Positions 19,868-29,277 of a DNA stretch of 64,000 nucleotides are shown here, one piece after another. The position numbers were made by a program, and so were the translations under genes. The first letter of the stretch is position 1. Each line of letters begins with the position of its first letter. This DNA is from a virus: the IMG/VR virus record IMGVR_UViG_3300043446_004488, positions 12,457 through 76,456 of that record, one strand, 5' to 3'. Under the pieces are notes generated by a model. That model was given only the letters and a program-made list of their open reading frames with translations, did not search any database and was not told where the DNA came from.

Positions 19868-20121
19868 ATTAAAAGTTTAGCTCTAGATGTTCTTTTTAAA
19901 AAATTTAAATTAATGGCATCACACTTAAGCTTTTCTTTCAGTGGTTTGCTAATCAGCTTACTTACAGAATCAACCTCTAAGTTATTTTGTTCGCAGTAAA
20001 AAACTATTGCATCTATGTAATTCATATCATCATTAGTTTTCACAATCTCTTCAATAATTTGTGCAAACTTTGATGGGCATAAGAACTTTAATTCTAATGC
20101 ATCTTTTAATTTATCTTCCAT
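19864..20121 (-). CDS. gp33: Late transcription coactivator gp33
   Basis: YIDAIVFYCE...KLISKPLKEKL...LNFL. Confidence 0.9.
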   Translation of the reverse strand: MEDKLKDALELKFLCPSKFAQIIEEIVKTNDDMNYIDAIVFYCEQNNLEVDSVSKLISKPLKEKLKCDAINLNFLKRTSRAKLLI

Positions 20122-20791
20122 ATTCTTTTAATTTTGATTGAATAAACTCTTTAATGTATCCATTAAGTAACTTAATATACTTCATTTTATCATACTCTTC
20201 ATACACAACGCAATCCCCATCTTCACATGCCATTAAGATAACTAACTTTTTGACTGGAATATCTGTTATCTCATAGAACATACAAGCATAAGCAGCACAC
20301 TGAACAAAGTAATGTTCAATCCACTCTTTTGGTTTTGGTTTCTTTGATGTCTTAAAGTCTATGACTGCAAGTTCACCATTATATTCTGCAATACAATCTA
20401 CAGTTCCTGCAATACCTAACTGTTTGCTATAAAGAGAACTTTCAAGAGCATAGATATTATTTATATTTTTTAACTCTTTTTTGAGATTTTTAAATAAGAA
20501 ATATGAAAGGGGTTGAGTTTGTGGAAGAGTTTCAGCATTATTTAAATGTCCCTCAACCAAAGTGTGCAAATCAGTTCCACGACTTGTTGCCTGTCTGTTA
20601 ACTCTATTTGCTTCTTCTTCACCTACCTTTTTTCTCCATTCTTCAAAGATATGTCTATTGTGAAAACTGGTGACTGATGTAATAGAAACTAACCTGGAGA
20701 GTTTGTCTTCCCCAGGCAGTCTGTAATATCTTACTCCATCAATTTCTTCCCTTTCAAGTTTGGGAAGATTCATATCAATATGATTGAACAT
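20111..20791 (-). CDS. PD-(D/E)XK exonuclease
   Basis: RGTDLH, AGTVDC, IDFKTS, QCAAYA motifs. Confidence 0.85.
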   Translation of the reverse strand: MFNHIDMNLPKLEREEIDGVRYYRLPGEDKLSRLVSITSVTSFHNRHIFEEWRKKVGEEEANRVNRQATSRGTDLHTLVEGHLNNAETLPQTQPLSYFLFKNLKKELKNINNIYALESSLYSKQLGIAGTVDCIAEYNGELAVIDFKTSKKPKPKEWIEHYFVQCAAYACMFYEITDIPVKKLVILMACEDGDCVVYEEYDKMKYIKLLNGYIKEFIQSKLKEYGR

Positions 20792-21552
20792 TAAAATCCT
20801 GCTGCCATTTTATTTACAATATAAGATTTGACAAGTCCTGAACGAACAATATCTTCAACACCAAATTCAACACACTCAAACTCTGGCATTCTCTGAATGA
20901 TTTTCATAAAATCAAGAATACCATTTCTTTCATTAGACTTAGTAAGGTCTGTTTGAGTAGCATCACCACAGAACATAATCTTAGAGTTGTCACCAACTCT
21001 TGTAATTATACTATCAAGTTCATGGAAATTCAAGTTCTGGCATTCATCCACAATAATAATAGAGTTGTCTAAAGTTGTACCTCTGATAAAAGATGTACTC
21101 CAAAACTTAATTGTTTCTTGTGTCTTCAGATTTCCATAGAGCATTTCAAAATCTGAATCACTAGGAAGTTCAAACATATACTTTACCATATTCTTATATG
21201 GAATCTGATAAAGTGATGACTTGTCTTCATGGTCTCCAGGAAGAAATCCAATCTCTCTTGTGGCAACAAGTGACCTGACAATTACAATCTTATCATAAGG
21301 AGTTAGTTCATCAAGAACATCCTTGAGTGCCAGATACAAAGCACAGAATGTTTTTCCTGTACCAGCACAACCATAAACAAAAAGGTGCTTATTCAAATCA
21401 TAAGCATCAAAAAGAACTGTTTGATTTTTAGTTAATGGTTGAATATCAACTAAACTTTCTGAACTAATTGGTTTCCTTTTTTTTCTATTTCTTGCTGTAG
21501 TACCAATTCCAATAGGAGAATCTCCTGAGTTTCTTCTTCTGTTTCTTGCCAT
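20791..21552 (-). CDS. phoH: PhoH family ATPase
   Basis: GCAGTGKT, IGFLPG, RGTTL, DECQN, GDATQTD. Confidence 0.95.
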   Translation of the reverse strand: MARNRRRNSGDSPIGIGTTARNRKKRKPISSESLVDIQPLTKNQTVLFDAYDLNKHLFVYGCAGTGKTFCALYLALKDVLDELTPYDKIVIVRSLVATREIGFLPGDHEDKSSLYQIPYKNMVKYMFELPSDSDFEMLYGNLKTQETIKFWSTSFIRGTTLDNSIIIVDECQNLNFHELDSIITRVGDNSKIMFCGDATQTDLTKSNERNGILDFMKIIQRMPEFECVEFGVEDIVRSGLVKSYIVNKMAAGF

Positions 21553-21794
21553 TAGATTTTCTTTACTCGTGAACCAGGGGCTTTACTTGCTTTTTCAAGA
21601 ACATCATTCCATCCAGGTTTTTTGCTGATTAGTTTATCACGCCAATCACCAACTTCCCCTGGAGTTGCACATCCTTCAGACCAATCCCTTTTCCATTCAG
21701 GATTGTCTTTATACCACTGAGTGATATCATGAACACTCATTTCAATCACTTTCTTTTCGCCAGTTTCTACATGAACAATAGGATAAATTGCCAT
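21552..21794 (-). CDS. Conserved cyanophage hypothetical protein
   Basis: 80-aa ORF coupled between thyX and phoH. Confidence 0.7.
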   Translation of the reverse strand: MAIYPIVHVETGEKKVIEMSVHDITQWYKDNPEWKRDWSEGCATPGEVGDWRDKLISKKPGWNDVLEKASKAPGSRVKKI

Positions 21795-21818
21795 AAGTTA
21801 AAAATCAATATGTATTAT

Positions 21819-22454
21819 TTAGACCCATTCAAGAGCTTCTGAGACTGAAGGGAACTGCTCTACAAACACTTTCTTACATTCCAAAGCAATGTCCATATGC
21901 TCTTTTTGAGTTCCATTAGCAGACCTAAGATTAATATAATGAATCCAACTTCTACAAGAACCTGTCATATAAATTCTTGTTGGAGTTGCTAAAGGAAGAA
22001 CAAATCTTGCACACTCTTTTGCTACACCTGCTTCCAACATTCTTTTATAAAGATTATTTGCTTGTGTAAAATGTTCTGCAATTTCTGTTTGAAACTTAAG
22101 TTTTACATAATCTCCCAAATCATCTGTAGAATTTTGACGATTTTTTGTATCTTGTTTACGTAAGTCTGGGATAGGAATTTTCTCAGTCAGCAAGCTAGTA
22201 TCAGCATATCTTTGAGAAAACTCTTGAAATGTAAAAGATCTGTGCCTGAGAATCTGAGCAGCAATTCCTCTTGTAGTTTCAATTTCAAGACTCATAGAAG
22301 ACTGTTCAAACACAGACCAATGGTTGTGCTTAATGCAATAACGAAGAAGTCCTGCATAGTTTTCATTATCCTGGTTAGAAGGATTAGAAACCCTGGCAAT
22401 ATATGCCATAGTCCTTTCTGCATCTGGAGTAACGCTAATAAGTCTGACAGTCAT
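21819..22454 (-). CDS. thyX: Flavin-dependent thymidylate synthase
   Basis: RHRSFTFQEFSQRY ThyX motif. Confidence 0.95.
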   Translation of the reverse strand: MTVRLISVTPDAERTMAYIARVSNPSNQDNENYAGLLRYCIKHNHWSVFEQSSMSLEIETTRGIAAQILRHRSFTFQEFSQRYADTSLLTEKIPIPDLRKQDTKNRQNSTDDLGDYVKLKFQTEIAEHFTQANNLYKRMLEAGVAKECARFVLPLATPTRIYMTGSCRSWIHYINLRSANGTQKEHMDIALECKKVFVEQFPSVSEALEWV

Positions 22455-22615
22455 TTTTTACCAAATCCTTTGTAATCTCTATGTTCTAATCTTTTAAGTT
22501 CACTTTCAATCACATCAAGTTGATGCTTCATATAATTTAATTCTTTTTCAGTATAAATTGAAGATTGTTCTTCTGTAATCCTTTTCAGATACTTTACCAT
22601 TTTTTTAAGTTTCAT
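22451..22615 (-). CDS. Small hypothetical protein (54 aa)
   Basis: MKLKKMVKYLKR...YKGFGKK, ATGA overlap with thyX. Confidence 0.65.
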   Translation of the reverse strand: MKLKKMVKYLKRITEEQSSIYTEKELNYMKHQLDVIESELKRLEHRDYKGFGKK

Positions 22616-22770
22616 CAACTAAAAACCTCATCATAATCTTCAGTAAAAGGAGTCACCATAGAATCTTCATCCATTGAAATTTGCATAGGAGGTTCTTCTA
22701 TTTCGTGCTTTAAAGATTGGACTAGAAGTTCCATGTTTCTAACAATCATTCTAACTTTTTCTTTATCCAT
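22615..22770 (-). CDS. Small acidic hypothetical protein (51 aa)
   Basis: MDKEKVRMIVRNMELLVQSLK...DYDEVFS; translationally coupled to next ORF. Confidence 0.65.
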   Translation of the reverse strand: MDKEKVRMIVRNMELLVQSLKHEIEEPPMQISMDEDSMVTPFTEDYDEVFS

Positions 22771-22801
22771 TTAATTTATTATTATCCTCCAAATTTTACA
22801 C

Positions 22802-22829
22802 AAAAAAAGAGGGGAAGTCAATTCCCCTC
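22802..22829 (-). terminator. Intrinsic terminator with a nested sigma70 -35 element
   Basis: GAGGGGAA-TTGAC-TTCCCCTC + T7; TTGACT-N17-TAAAAT spans 22821-22793. Confidence 0.75.
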
Positions 22830-22834
22830 CTTAA

Positions 22835-22939
22835 TTATACAACTTGATATTTGGCTTTTGCCATATTCACTTGGGCATTGTGAAGTTTAGATTCTTTCTT
22901 TGCTTTATTTTTTAAATATTGAATAAAAGTAATTTTCAT
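22835..22939 (-). CDS. Riboswitch-controlled small basic protein (34 aa; DUF4278/glutamine synthetase inactivating factor-like context)
   Basis: MKITFIQYLKNKAKKESKLHNAQVNMAKAKYQVV with AAGGAG RBS, right after the riboswitch. Confidence 0.7.
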   Translation of the reverse strand: MKITFIQYLKNKAKKESKLHNAQVNMAKAKYQVV

Positions 22940-22969
22940 AGGTCTGCTCCTTTACTTAAGTGTAATGGT

Positions 22970-23024
22970 GCGTTCCTTCGGATTTCCTACTTCCGTTTGC
23001 TATTTGCAGATAGCAAATGAACGT
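22970..23024 (-). ncRNA. Glutamine riboswitch (glnA RNA motif)
   Basis: CGTTCA-[TTTGCTAT hairpin]-CGGAAGTAGG-AAAT-CCGAAGGAACGC matches the glnA motif core. Confidence 0.85.
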
Positions 23025-23047
23025 GTTTTATGTATACAAGTAATTTT

Positions 23048-23061
23048 GTATCTTTTGATAC
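23048..23061. promoter_or_regulatory. NtcA-type binding site
   Basis: GTA-N8-TAC within the palindrome TTGTATC-TTTT-GATACAA, 23 bp upstream of the riboswitch. Confidence 0.65.
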
Positions 23062-23065
23062 AATT

Positions 23066-23263
23066 TTATTCAATCTCCCAACACCTTTCAAATTTTCCCC
23101 TCAACTCATTGAGCTTCATTTCTTCAGAGTATGTTAAAAGGTGTTGGTTTATTTCTTGCTCTTGCTCAGTAAATTCCAATCTATACTTATGTTTAATAAT
23201 AAAGAGTTTTTCCATATCATCCAAGAATGTTGTTGGTTGATCCAAAAACTCTTCGTAGGTCAT
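23066..23263 (-). CDS. Hypothetical protein
   Basis: 65-aa ORF coupled to upstream gene. Confidence 0.6.
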   Translation of the reverse strand: MTYEEFLDQPTTFLDDMEKLFIIKHKYRLEFTEQEQEINQHLLTYSEEMKLNELRGKFERCWEIE

Positions 23264-23583
23264 TAATCTCTTTGCCTCCAGTCATCTGGTTTATCTTCAC
23301 AAAACCATTCTACTATATCATCTGGACCATCAAATCTTCCTCTACCAAATCTTTCATGTCCCAGTCCACCAATATCAAGTTGATTCAAAAAATCATCTAA
23401 ATCTCCTTCCTGCATATCAGGGTTCTCTGCACGTCTTCTTGCCTGCCTCAAGATTGTAGCAGCAGAACGATTTGCCTTTGCTAACTTCTCTGCCCAAATC
23501 ATATCTTCTAGACTCACCTCTTGATGTTGTGCAATCTTCTCACAGATTGCTTCAAGACGAAGACGATATTGGGTTGATAGCAT
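23263..23583 (-). CDS. Conserved cyanophage hypothetical protein
   Basis: MLSTQYRLRLEAIC...DKPDDWRQRD; AAGGAG RBS. Confidence 0.7.
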   Translation of the reverse strand: MLSTQYRLRLEAICEKIAQHQEVSLEDMIWAEKLAKANRSAATILRQARRRAENPDMQEGDLDDFLNQLDIGGLGHERFGRGRFDGPDDIVEWFCEDKPDDWRQRD

Positions 23584-23613
23584 AAGAATCTCCTTTTATT
23601 TACATATTTAGTG

Positions 23614-23943
23614 TTATCTTTCTATGTAACTCAGAGTATGACTGGTTGCATAAAGTTGTTGTATGATTATATCACATCCAATTTTTGGATTACAATCTCC
23701 ACAAGTATAAACATCTACTGCTGCCTTTCCTTCCTCTGGCCAAGTATGAATTGAAATGTGACTTTCTGACAGTAAGCAAAGCACTGTGACCCCTTGAGGT
23801 TCAAACTTTTTTGAGATGGTCTGAACCACAGTTGCACCACTTGCTGCTGCTGCATTTTCTAACAAATCTATAAGGCAAAGTTCATCATCAAGAATGACAA
23901 ATGAACATCCATATAGATTTAACAAATAATGCTTTCCCATCAC
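23614..23943 (-). CDS. speD: S-adenosylmethionine decarboxylase family proenzyme
   Basis: FEPQGVT...LSESHISIHTWPE...DVYTCG. Confidence 0.9.
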   Translation of the reverse strand: MMGKHYLLNLYGCSFVILDDELCLIDLLENAAAASGATVVQTISKKFEPQGVTVLCLLSESHISIHTWPEEGKAAVDVYTCGDCNPKIGCDIIIQQLYATSHTLSYIER

Positions 23944-24194
23944 TTACCCTTTTTCTTTGGTGTAGATCCATAAATTTTTGGATTGACTCTACCATCAGTC
24001 CAATTTATTGCAAGGACCTTTCCATATTCATCATAATAATGGTCAAAAATATTGACACGAGTTCCTTGGACAATATCATACATAATTTTATCCACAGAAC
24101 AATACTTCACCAAATAGGAATTAATTGGGAGGGATTTATCTTTCGATAAAGATGAATCACAGTTTTTATGTATAATTTTAATACTCCCCTCCAT
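23940..24194 (-). CDS. Hypothetical protein
   Basis: 84-aa ORF in operon. Confidence 0.65.
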   Translation of the reverse strand: MEGSIKIIHKNCDSSLSKDKSLPINSYLVKYCSVDKIMYDIVQGTRVNIFDHYYDEYGKVLAINWTDGRVNPKIYGSTPKKKGK

Positions 24195-24197
24195 TTA

Positions 24198-24632
24198 TCA
24201 TCCCCAAATAATATCAGGAAAAGCTTCTTGAACAACTACTTTAGTGAGTTTATATCTTTTATGCAGCTGCTTATCCTTCAAAAGACACATAAGTTCTGCT
24301 TCAGACTCATGGAGTGCCTCCAACATCTGAATGAACATGGTTTCTCTTTTAGTTTGTTTAATATCGCTTACTCCTTTTACGAAGTAATTAAACTTTCTCC
24401 ACTCATGAATCAGTTTTGTATGTTCTGTTCCAATAGGGGCATCATTTTTATTGTAAGGAACTTCTCCTTCTGGAAGTGCTGATTCAACTCTTGAATCAAA
24501 ATTCCAAATTAAAACAGACCTTAGAGCAGGACTGTCATAATGTCTTAAAATATGTATCTTTTCGTCTCTAGTTTTTGCATTAGAAACTCTTTGAATGATT
24601 TCAGACACCAATAAATCTGGTGGTAATTTCAT
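24198..24632 (-). CDS. Conserved T4-like hypothetical protein
   Basis: LPEGEVPY...KRETMFIQMLEALH..EAEL motif. Confidence 0.7.
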   Translation of the reverse strand: MKLPPDLLVSEIIQRVSNAKTRDEKIHILRHYDSPALRSVLIWNFDSRVESALPEGEVPYNKNDAPIGTEHTKLIHEWRKFNYFVKGVSDIKQTKRETMFIQMLEALHESEAELMCLLKDKQLHKRYKLTKVVVQEAFPDIIWG

Positions 24633-24648
24633 AAGTCAACTCCATTAA

Positions 24649-24873
24649 TTAATCTTCAGAATCTTCATCCTCCTCTAACATATCAGTATTTTCAAATCTA
24701 AATGCTATGAGTTCATCTGGAAGAACATTTCCATTTTCATCAAACATTTCTGGATGATATGTGTATGGTTCTCTTTGGGAAAGATGCTGTTTAGTAGCCC
24801 ATCCAAATAAGAATCCAATCATCACACCAAAAATAACAAATAATACTGAAAAAACAAGGGTTAATGCTAACAT
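24649..24873 (-). CDS. Small membrane protein
   Basis: N-terminal hydrophobic helix, HPEMFDENGN acidic tail; AGGAG RBS. Confidence 0.7.
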   Translation of the reverse strand: MLALTLVFSVLFVIFGVMIGFLFGWATKQHLSQREPYTYHPEMFDENGNVLPDELIAFRFENTDMLEEDEDSED

Positions 24874-24888
24874 AGTACTTCTCCTAAA

Positions 24889-25071
24889 CTACTTTTGTTT
24901 TCCTATATTCAAGGAAAAATTAAAGTAGATGGTTATTTCTTTTTTAAAGAAAGGAACCACCCTCTCAAAACATATTGAAAATGTTTTTTTGTTTGGGGTC
25001 CTCCTTTTTAATACTAATTCAACACCCCTGTTAATGGGAGGAGTATTACGACTATTTATCAAGGTCTTCAA
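24889..25071 (-). CDS. Hypothetical protein
   Basis: 60-aa ORF in operon. Confidence 0.5.
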   Translation of the reverse strand: MKTLINSRNTPPINRGVELVLKRRTPNKKTFSICFERVVPFFKKEITIYFNFSLNIGKQK

Positions 25072-25316
25072 ACTAAATTATTTTCTTTGAGATACTTAAC
25101 TGTATCAGAGCATCCACCAAGATGCTTATCATCTGCAATCACTTGAGGAAATGTAGACCCCTCTCCAAACTCTGCATAAAAATCTTCTTTAGTAAAATGA
25201 GTTCCTAAAACATATTCTCTAATTGAATATCCTTTTGACACACTTAAGGAAGACAAAACTTGAAGTACTTTTGTACAATAGGGGCAACCATGTTTAGTGT
25301 AAACTGTAAAATTCAT
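25068..25316 (-). CDS. Glutaredoxin
   Basis: CPYC, TFPQV, LGGC. Confidence 0.9.
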   Translation of the reverse strand: MNFTVYTKHGCPYCTKVLQVLSSLSVSKGYSIREYVLGTHFTKEDFYAEFGEGSTFPQVIADDKHLGGCSDTVKYLKENNLV

Positions 25317-25321
25317 AATTC

Positions 25322-26584
25322 TTAAATTCTTACTGGATGTGGACGTCTTTTGTTTGATTTAATAGCACATAACCAAGCGTTGGTGACTGCAATATTGTCT
25401 TCCCACCAAGTTGTATCCAATCTAAATTCTTGAAATTTGATTGAAGTATTTCTAATAAATTGTGCCTTTTCGCTTCTTGTATAATACCAAAAACTATTTT
25501 GATTCCAATAACTTACGTGTGTTGGGTCCTGCCAAGCTCCCCTACCATCAGTAGAAGGAACTTCAATAAATGCCCAACCACCATCACAAAGAACTCTATA
25601 AATTTCACTCATAGTTTTGATTGGGTCTTTTAGATGTTCAATTACATGACTTGCATTAATCACGCCAACACTGTTATCTGGAAGTGGAATTCCCTCATTT
25701 AAATCACAAGTAATTTCTCCACCTTCTTGGTCAATTGTAACATATCCTGGTCTTGGAAACAATCCTCCTCCAAGGTCTACTTTCATTAATCCATTCAAAT
25801 CAGCATCACGTTCAGCAAGTTGCTGTGCATATTGATGAAACAATTCAAAAGTTTTAATTTGAATTGCCTCATTTCTCTGAAGTTGAGTATTATCTCCTCC
25901 AGGAAGCCATCTATAATAATAGAGAACTTTTGGAATAAAACAAAACTTTGTTTTCAAATATGTTCTAATTACTAACTCATGGTCATCACAAATATTTAAT
26001 TCAGGATTATGACCTCCAAGTTCCTGATATACAGACTTTCTCCAAGCTCTTACATGATCTGGAGCATACCAAATAATACCAATACTATGACTTGTTGGAG
26101 GAAAGGCATCAATTTTAATAAAATCTTCCCCTCTAAAATTCATCCACTTATAAGTCCACCCATTATCAGAATTCCAAGGAATCTTATGTTCATCACCTCT
26201 CATATCATAAAGAAGGTCTTCACTATAGGCAAATCCAACTTCTTCATCTTGAAAAGCATTATTTAGTTCCTCTAAACAATCTTCAGATAACAAATCATCA
26301 TGGTCTACTTCTACAAGAATATCTCCCCTTCCAAGTTGAAAAGCTTTATTTTTAATAAATCCTATATTAGGGTGAGTAATACCATTATGAATTTTAACTC
26401 TATCATCATCTCTCAATTCTTGAGGAAGATTTGAAACCTTACAATTACCATTTAGATAAAGAATCCACTCCCAATTTGTATATGTTTGTGCTTTGATAGT
26501 TTCATAAAGTTCTATCAAAAATGGAATATTTTCTTTTTTATGTTCTGGAGTAATAATACTAAACTTATAATTCATATCAATCAA
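25322..26584 (-). CDS. GT2 glycosyltransferase fused to a class I SAM-methyltransferase domain
   Basis: QTYTNWEW, VDHDD, DDHEL; C-terminal DLGGG...SHVIEH...DPTH. Confidence 0.8.
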   Translation of the reverse strand: MIDMNYKFSIITPEHKKENIPFLIELYETIKAQTYTNWEWILYLNGNCKVSNLPQELRDDDRVKIHNGITHPNIGFIKNKAFQLGRGDILVEVDHDDLLSEDCLEELNNAFQDEEVGFAYSEDLLYDMRGDEHKIPWNSDNGWTYKWMNFRGEDFIKIDAFPPTSHSIGIIWYAPDHVRAWRKSVYQELGGHNPELNICDDHELVIRTYLKTKFCFIPKVLYYYRWLPGGDNTQLQRNEAIQIKTFELFHQYAQQLAERDADLNGLMKVDLGGGLFPRPGYVTIDQEGGEITCDLNEGIPLPDNSVGVINASHVIEHLKDPIKTMSEIYRVLCDGGWAFIEVPSTDGRGAWQDPTHVSYWNQNSFWYYTRSEKAQFIRNTSIKFQEFRLDTTWWEDNIAVTNAWLCAIKSNKRRPHPVRI

Positions 26585-27161
26585 AGAAAAACATATGGAA
26601 TAATCTTGAGTCTTCTACATCTTTACCAAAGTATTGAGATGCAGCATGAATACACTTACCATTAAAGATAACTAATCTATTAAAAACATTTCCTACAGTA
26701 TCTACTAATTCAAATTTAGTTCCATCATAAAATCCTCCATCAAAAGCAATGTCAATCCCAGGGTCAGTGCAATGTCTTGCTTTAGTTTCTTTATGTGCAT
26801 ACATAGATGTCCCAGATTGAAATGGTGCATCAGGAGTTAGATAAACCATACCTGCCCACTGTTGTAGGTCAGTATGATATACAAGAGGATCTTCTGCATT
26901 ACAGGTTTGAAAGACGCCATTCATATTATAGTCTTCCCAAATAGAAATTGATTGTCCAATAATACTTTCAAAAACTTTTTTTGTTCCAGGAACAAAAAAT
27001 TTTTCTTGGGTTCTTTTACCTTTATAATACCTCAAATCTGCAATAAACTCTTGCTGTAAAGCAAACTCTCTAACTGCATAGGGATCAGTATAAAAGTTAT
27101 CTACTACAAAGATTCTTTTATCAAAATTGTAATTGATTGTACTGTTACTTAAAAACATCAT
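26577..27161 (-). CDS. 2OG-Fe(II) oxygenase (DUF6445-like)
   Basis: VDNFY.DP..VR, HTD, YLTPDAP..SGT, FNRLVIF...H, RL. Confidence 0.75.
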   Translation of the reverse strand: MMFLSNSTINYNFDKRIFVVDNFYTDPYAVREFALQQEFIADLRYYKGKRTQEKFFVPGTKKVFESIIGQSISIWEDYNMNGVFQTCNAEDPLVYHTDLQQWAGMVYLTPDAPFQSGTSMYAHKETKARHCTDPGIDIAFDGGFYDGTKFELVDTVGNVFNRLVIFNGKCIHAASQYFGKDVEDSRLFHMFFFD

Positions 27162-28234
27162 TGTAAGTTTTCTGTTGCTAATTTATGAAGGTGTTGAACA
27201 TATTCTCCAGTATCATGGTAAGCAGAATTATGAATTAAAAATACTAATTTTGGAAAAGGATTTTTTCTAGAAGGATTCATAAGAATATTAGTATAATACA
27301 ACATATTTTCAAAATCTTCAAGTTCCCAATATGTTTCTGCAAGTCCGCAGAAATGTTCATTTCTTTCAATGCAGTAATTAGAACACTTTTGATATGCTTT
27401 GATTGCATTATCATAATCCTTACAGAATTTATAAGCATTTCCAACTAAGTATTGTGCATAATAAACTACTTCATCCTTTGAATTTACATAATCTACAAAT
27501 TGCTGGCAATAAAATATACACCTTCTTGCATACTCTTTCTGATGCTCATGTCCCAGTGGGAAATCACTGCTATAACAATCACTATAACTTTTACCCACAT
27601 AGAAAAAATGATATAAGTCTTGCAGTAAAGTTCCTTTAGAGAGGTGTTGTGCTTCTAATTCTAAAGCATCTACCAAAAATTTAGTTGGGTCTACATATGA
27701 ATTTCCTTCACTTGTAATAAACTGCCTAAATTTTGTATCTAAACTTGGACGTTCAAAATCTTCTCCACAGTCAGGAAGAATAATACACTCATGACGTTTA
27801 TCGTGTTTAAATCTCCAAGGAAGTTTTGCATTCCACAATCTTGCCCTAAACCAAGAAGCATTTCCAGTTGTAGCTACAACATTCCAAGCTTTAACATTAG
27901 TGTCTTCTAATACAGACCAATCAAAATCATCATCTACTTGCAATTGTTCATCAGCATCAATTCTAAATAACCAATCACACTGATGATTTGCTTTATAACA
28001 TTCTTGAACTAAATGGTCACTATTCCATCCAGGATATTGCCATTCTACATTATAACAGTATCCTGGAATGTTTTTATCTTCAAAAAATTTTTCTACAATC
28101 TCTTGGGTATTATCAGAACCATTGCATTGAATAATCCAATAATCAATATGTTTATAACAAGAATTTAAAACCCTTTCAATAATGTGAGATTCATTCCCCA
28201 CCATCATATTCAAGCATAGTTTAGTTTTTTTCAT
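27158..28234 (-). CDS. Glycosyltransferase with C-terminal TPR-like helices
   Basis: LNMMVGNESHII, IDADE, HE motif, TPR-like C-terminus. Confidence 0.75.
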   Translation of the reverse strand: MKKTKLCLNMMVGNESHIIERVLNSCYKHIDYWIIQCNGSDNTQEIVEKFFEDKNIPGYCYNVEWQYPGWNSDHLVQECYKANHQCDWLFRIDADEQLQVDDDFDWSVLEDTNVKAWNVVATTGNASWFRARLWNAKLPWRFKHDKRHECIILPDCGEDFERPSLDTKFRQFITSEGNSYVDPTKFLVDALELEAQHLSKGTLLQDLYHFFYVGKSYSDCYSSDFPLGHEHQKEYARRCIFYCQQFVDYVNSKDEVVYYAQYLVGNAYKFCKDYDNAIKAYQKCSNYCIERNEHFCGLAETYWELEDFENMLYYTNILMNPSRKNPFPKLVFLIHNSAYHDTGEYVQHLHKLATENLQ

Positions 28235-29277
28235 TCTTCAATCTCTGTGTTTGGTGTTAGAATGTGATCCACAAATCCCATTCTCTTTAGTTTGTTTGCA
28301 GTTCTTGCAATAGTCTGATCAATAGTCAAATACTTATAAGTTGCAGTTCTTCCAACAAAAACTGTACTTTTTTCTGCTTGCATTAAAGGTTTATATTGTT
28401 CAAACTGTTCCAAATATTTTCCAAAGATCATTGGATAGTAAGGATTATTCACACCCTCAACATGTTCTATAGGGTATTCTCTGGTGACTATTGTAGTCTC
28501 AACATCTTGATTGTACCAATAGGAATGATCAATTGCTCTGTTCCACATATTATCCTTATTACACTCATTTAATTGAATGTATAGTGTTTTAGGACAATAG
28601 ATGTGTTCAAAGTTTAATGATCTATAGGAAAGTGCTCCATACTCATAATTGAAATAGTTGTCTACCTTTCCAGTAAAGACTAAAAGATCACATTTATCTT
28701 TGAGTTTTTTCCATTCATCTTTTGGGACATTCAAATGAACTGGAATATCATCAAAGATATTTTTGAACATATCTACAAATCCATTCTTTGGAAGACCTTG
28801 ATACTTTTGAGTTGTAAAAGAACCATCAGTTCCAGGCTTTCTTACAGGAAGTCTATTCAAAATTCCCATAGGAAGTTCTTCCATTTTGACTCCCCACATT
28901 TTTTCAGAATAATCCCTGAAAACTAATTCTTTGATTTCAGTATCATCCAATCTTCTTCCAATAATTTTATCTGAATTATCATTATATGGAATTGGGATTC
29001 TACCCATTTTTGTATTTGCCCAGACTTGAACTGAGAAGTTATTGAATGAGGCAAACTGATTCAACCATTTCCAAACACGCTCACTGTCAGTATGAATAGC
29101 ATGTGGACCATGTGCATGAACTACACATCCAGTTTTTTCATCCACATAATCATAACAATTTCCAGAAAGATATTTCCTAGTTTCAAATACTTCTACATTC
29201 CAACCATTATCTTTTAGAATTCTAGCAGAAGTTGCTCCTGCAGTTCCTGACCCAATTACATATGCTAACATTGTCAA
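28231..29277 (-). CDS. glf: UDP-galactopyranose mutase
   Basis: GSGTAG FAD loop, GNCYD, HGPHAIH, YRSL, PYYP, GRTATYKY. Confidence 0.9.
   Translation of the reverse strand: MTMLAYVIGSGTAGATSARILKDNGWNVEVFETRKYLSGNCYDYVDEKTGCVVHAHGPHAIHTDSERVWKWLNQFASFNNFSVQVWANTKMGRIPIPYNDNSDKIIGRRLDDTEIKELVFRDYSEKMWGVKMEELPMGILNRLPVRKPGTDGSFTTQKYQGLPKNGFVDMFKNIFDDIPVHLNVPKDEWKKLKDKCDLLVFTGKVDNYFNYEYGALSYRSLNFEHIYCPKTLYIQLNECNKDNMWNRAIDHSYWYNQDVETTIVTREYPIEHVEGVNNPYYPMIFGKYLEQFEQYKPLMQAEKSTVFVGRTATYKYLTIDQTIARTANKLKRMGFVDHILTPNTEIEE

Noticed and set aside
20111-20791. Cas4-like nuclease as evidence of CRISPR-Cas
   Set aside because: Ordinary T4-like PD-(D/E)XK exonuclease; no Cys cluster pattern, cas genes or repeat-spacer array seen.
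22965-23240. 91-aa plus-strand ORF
   Set aside because: Antisense to the riboswitch, NtcA box and a real gene.
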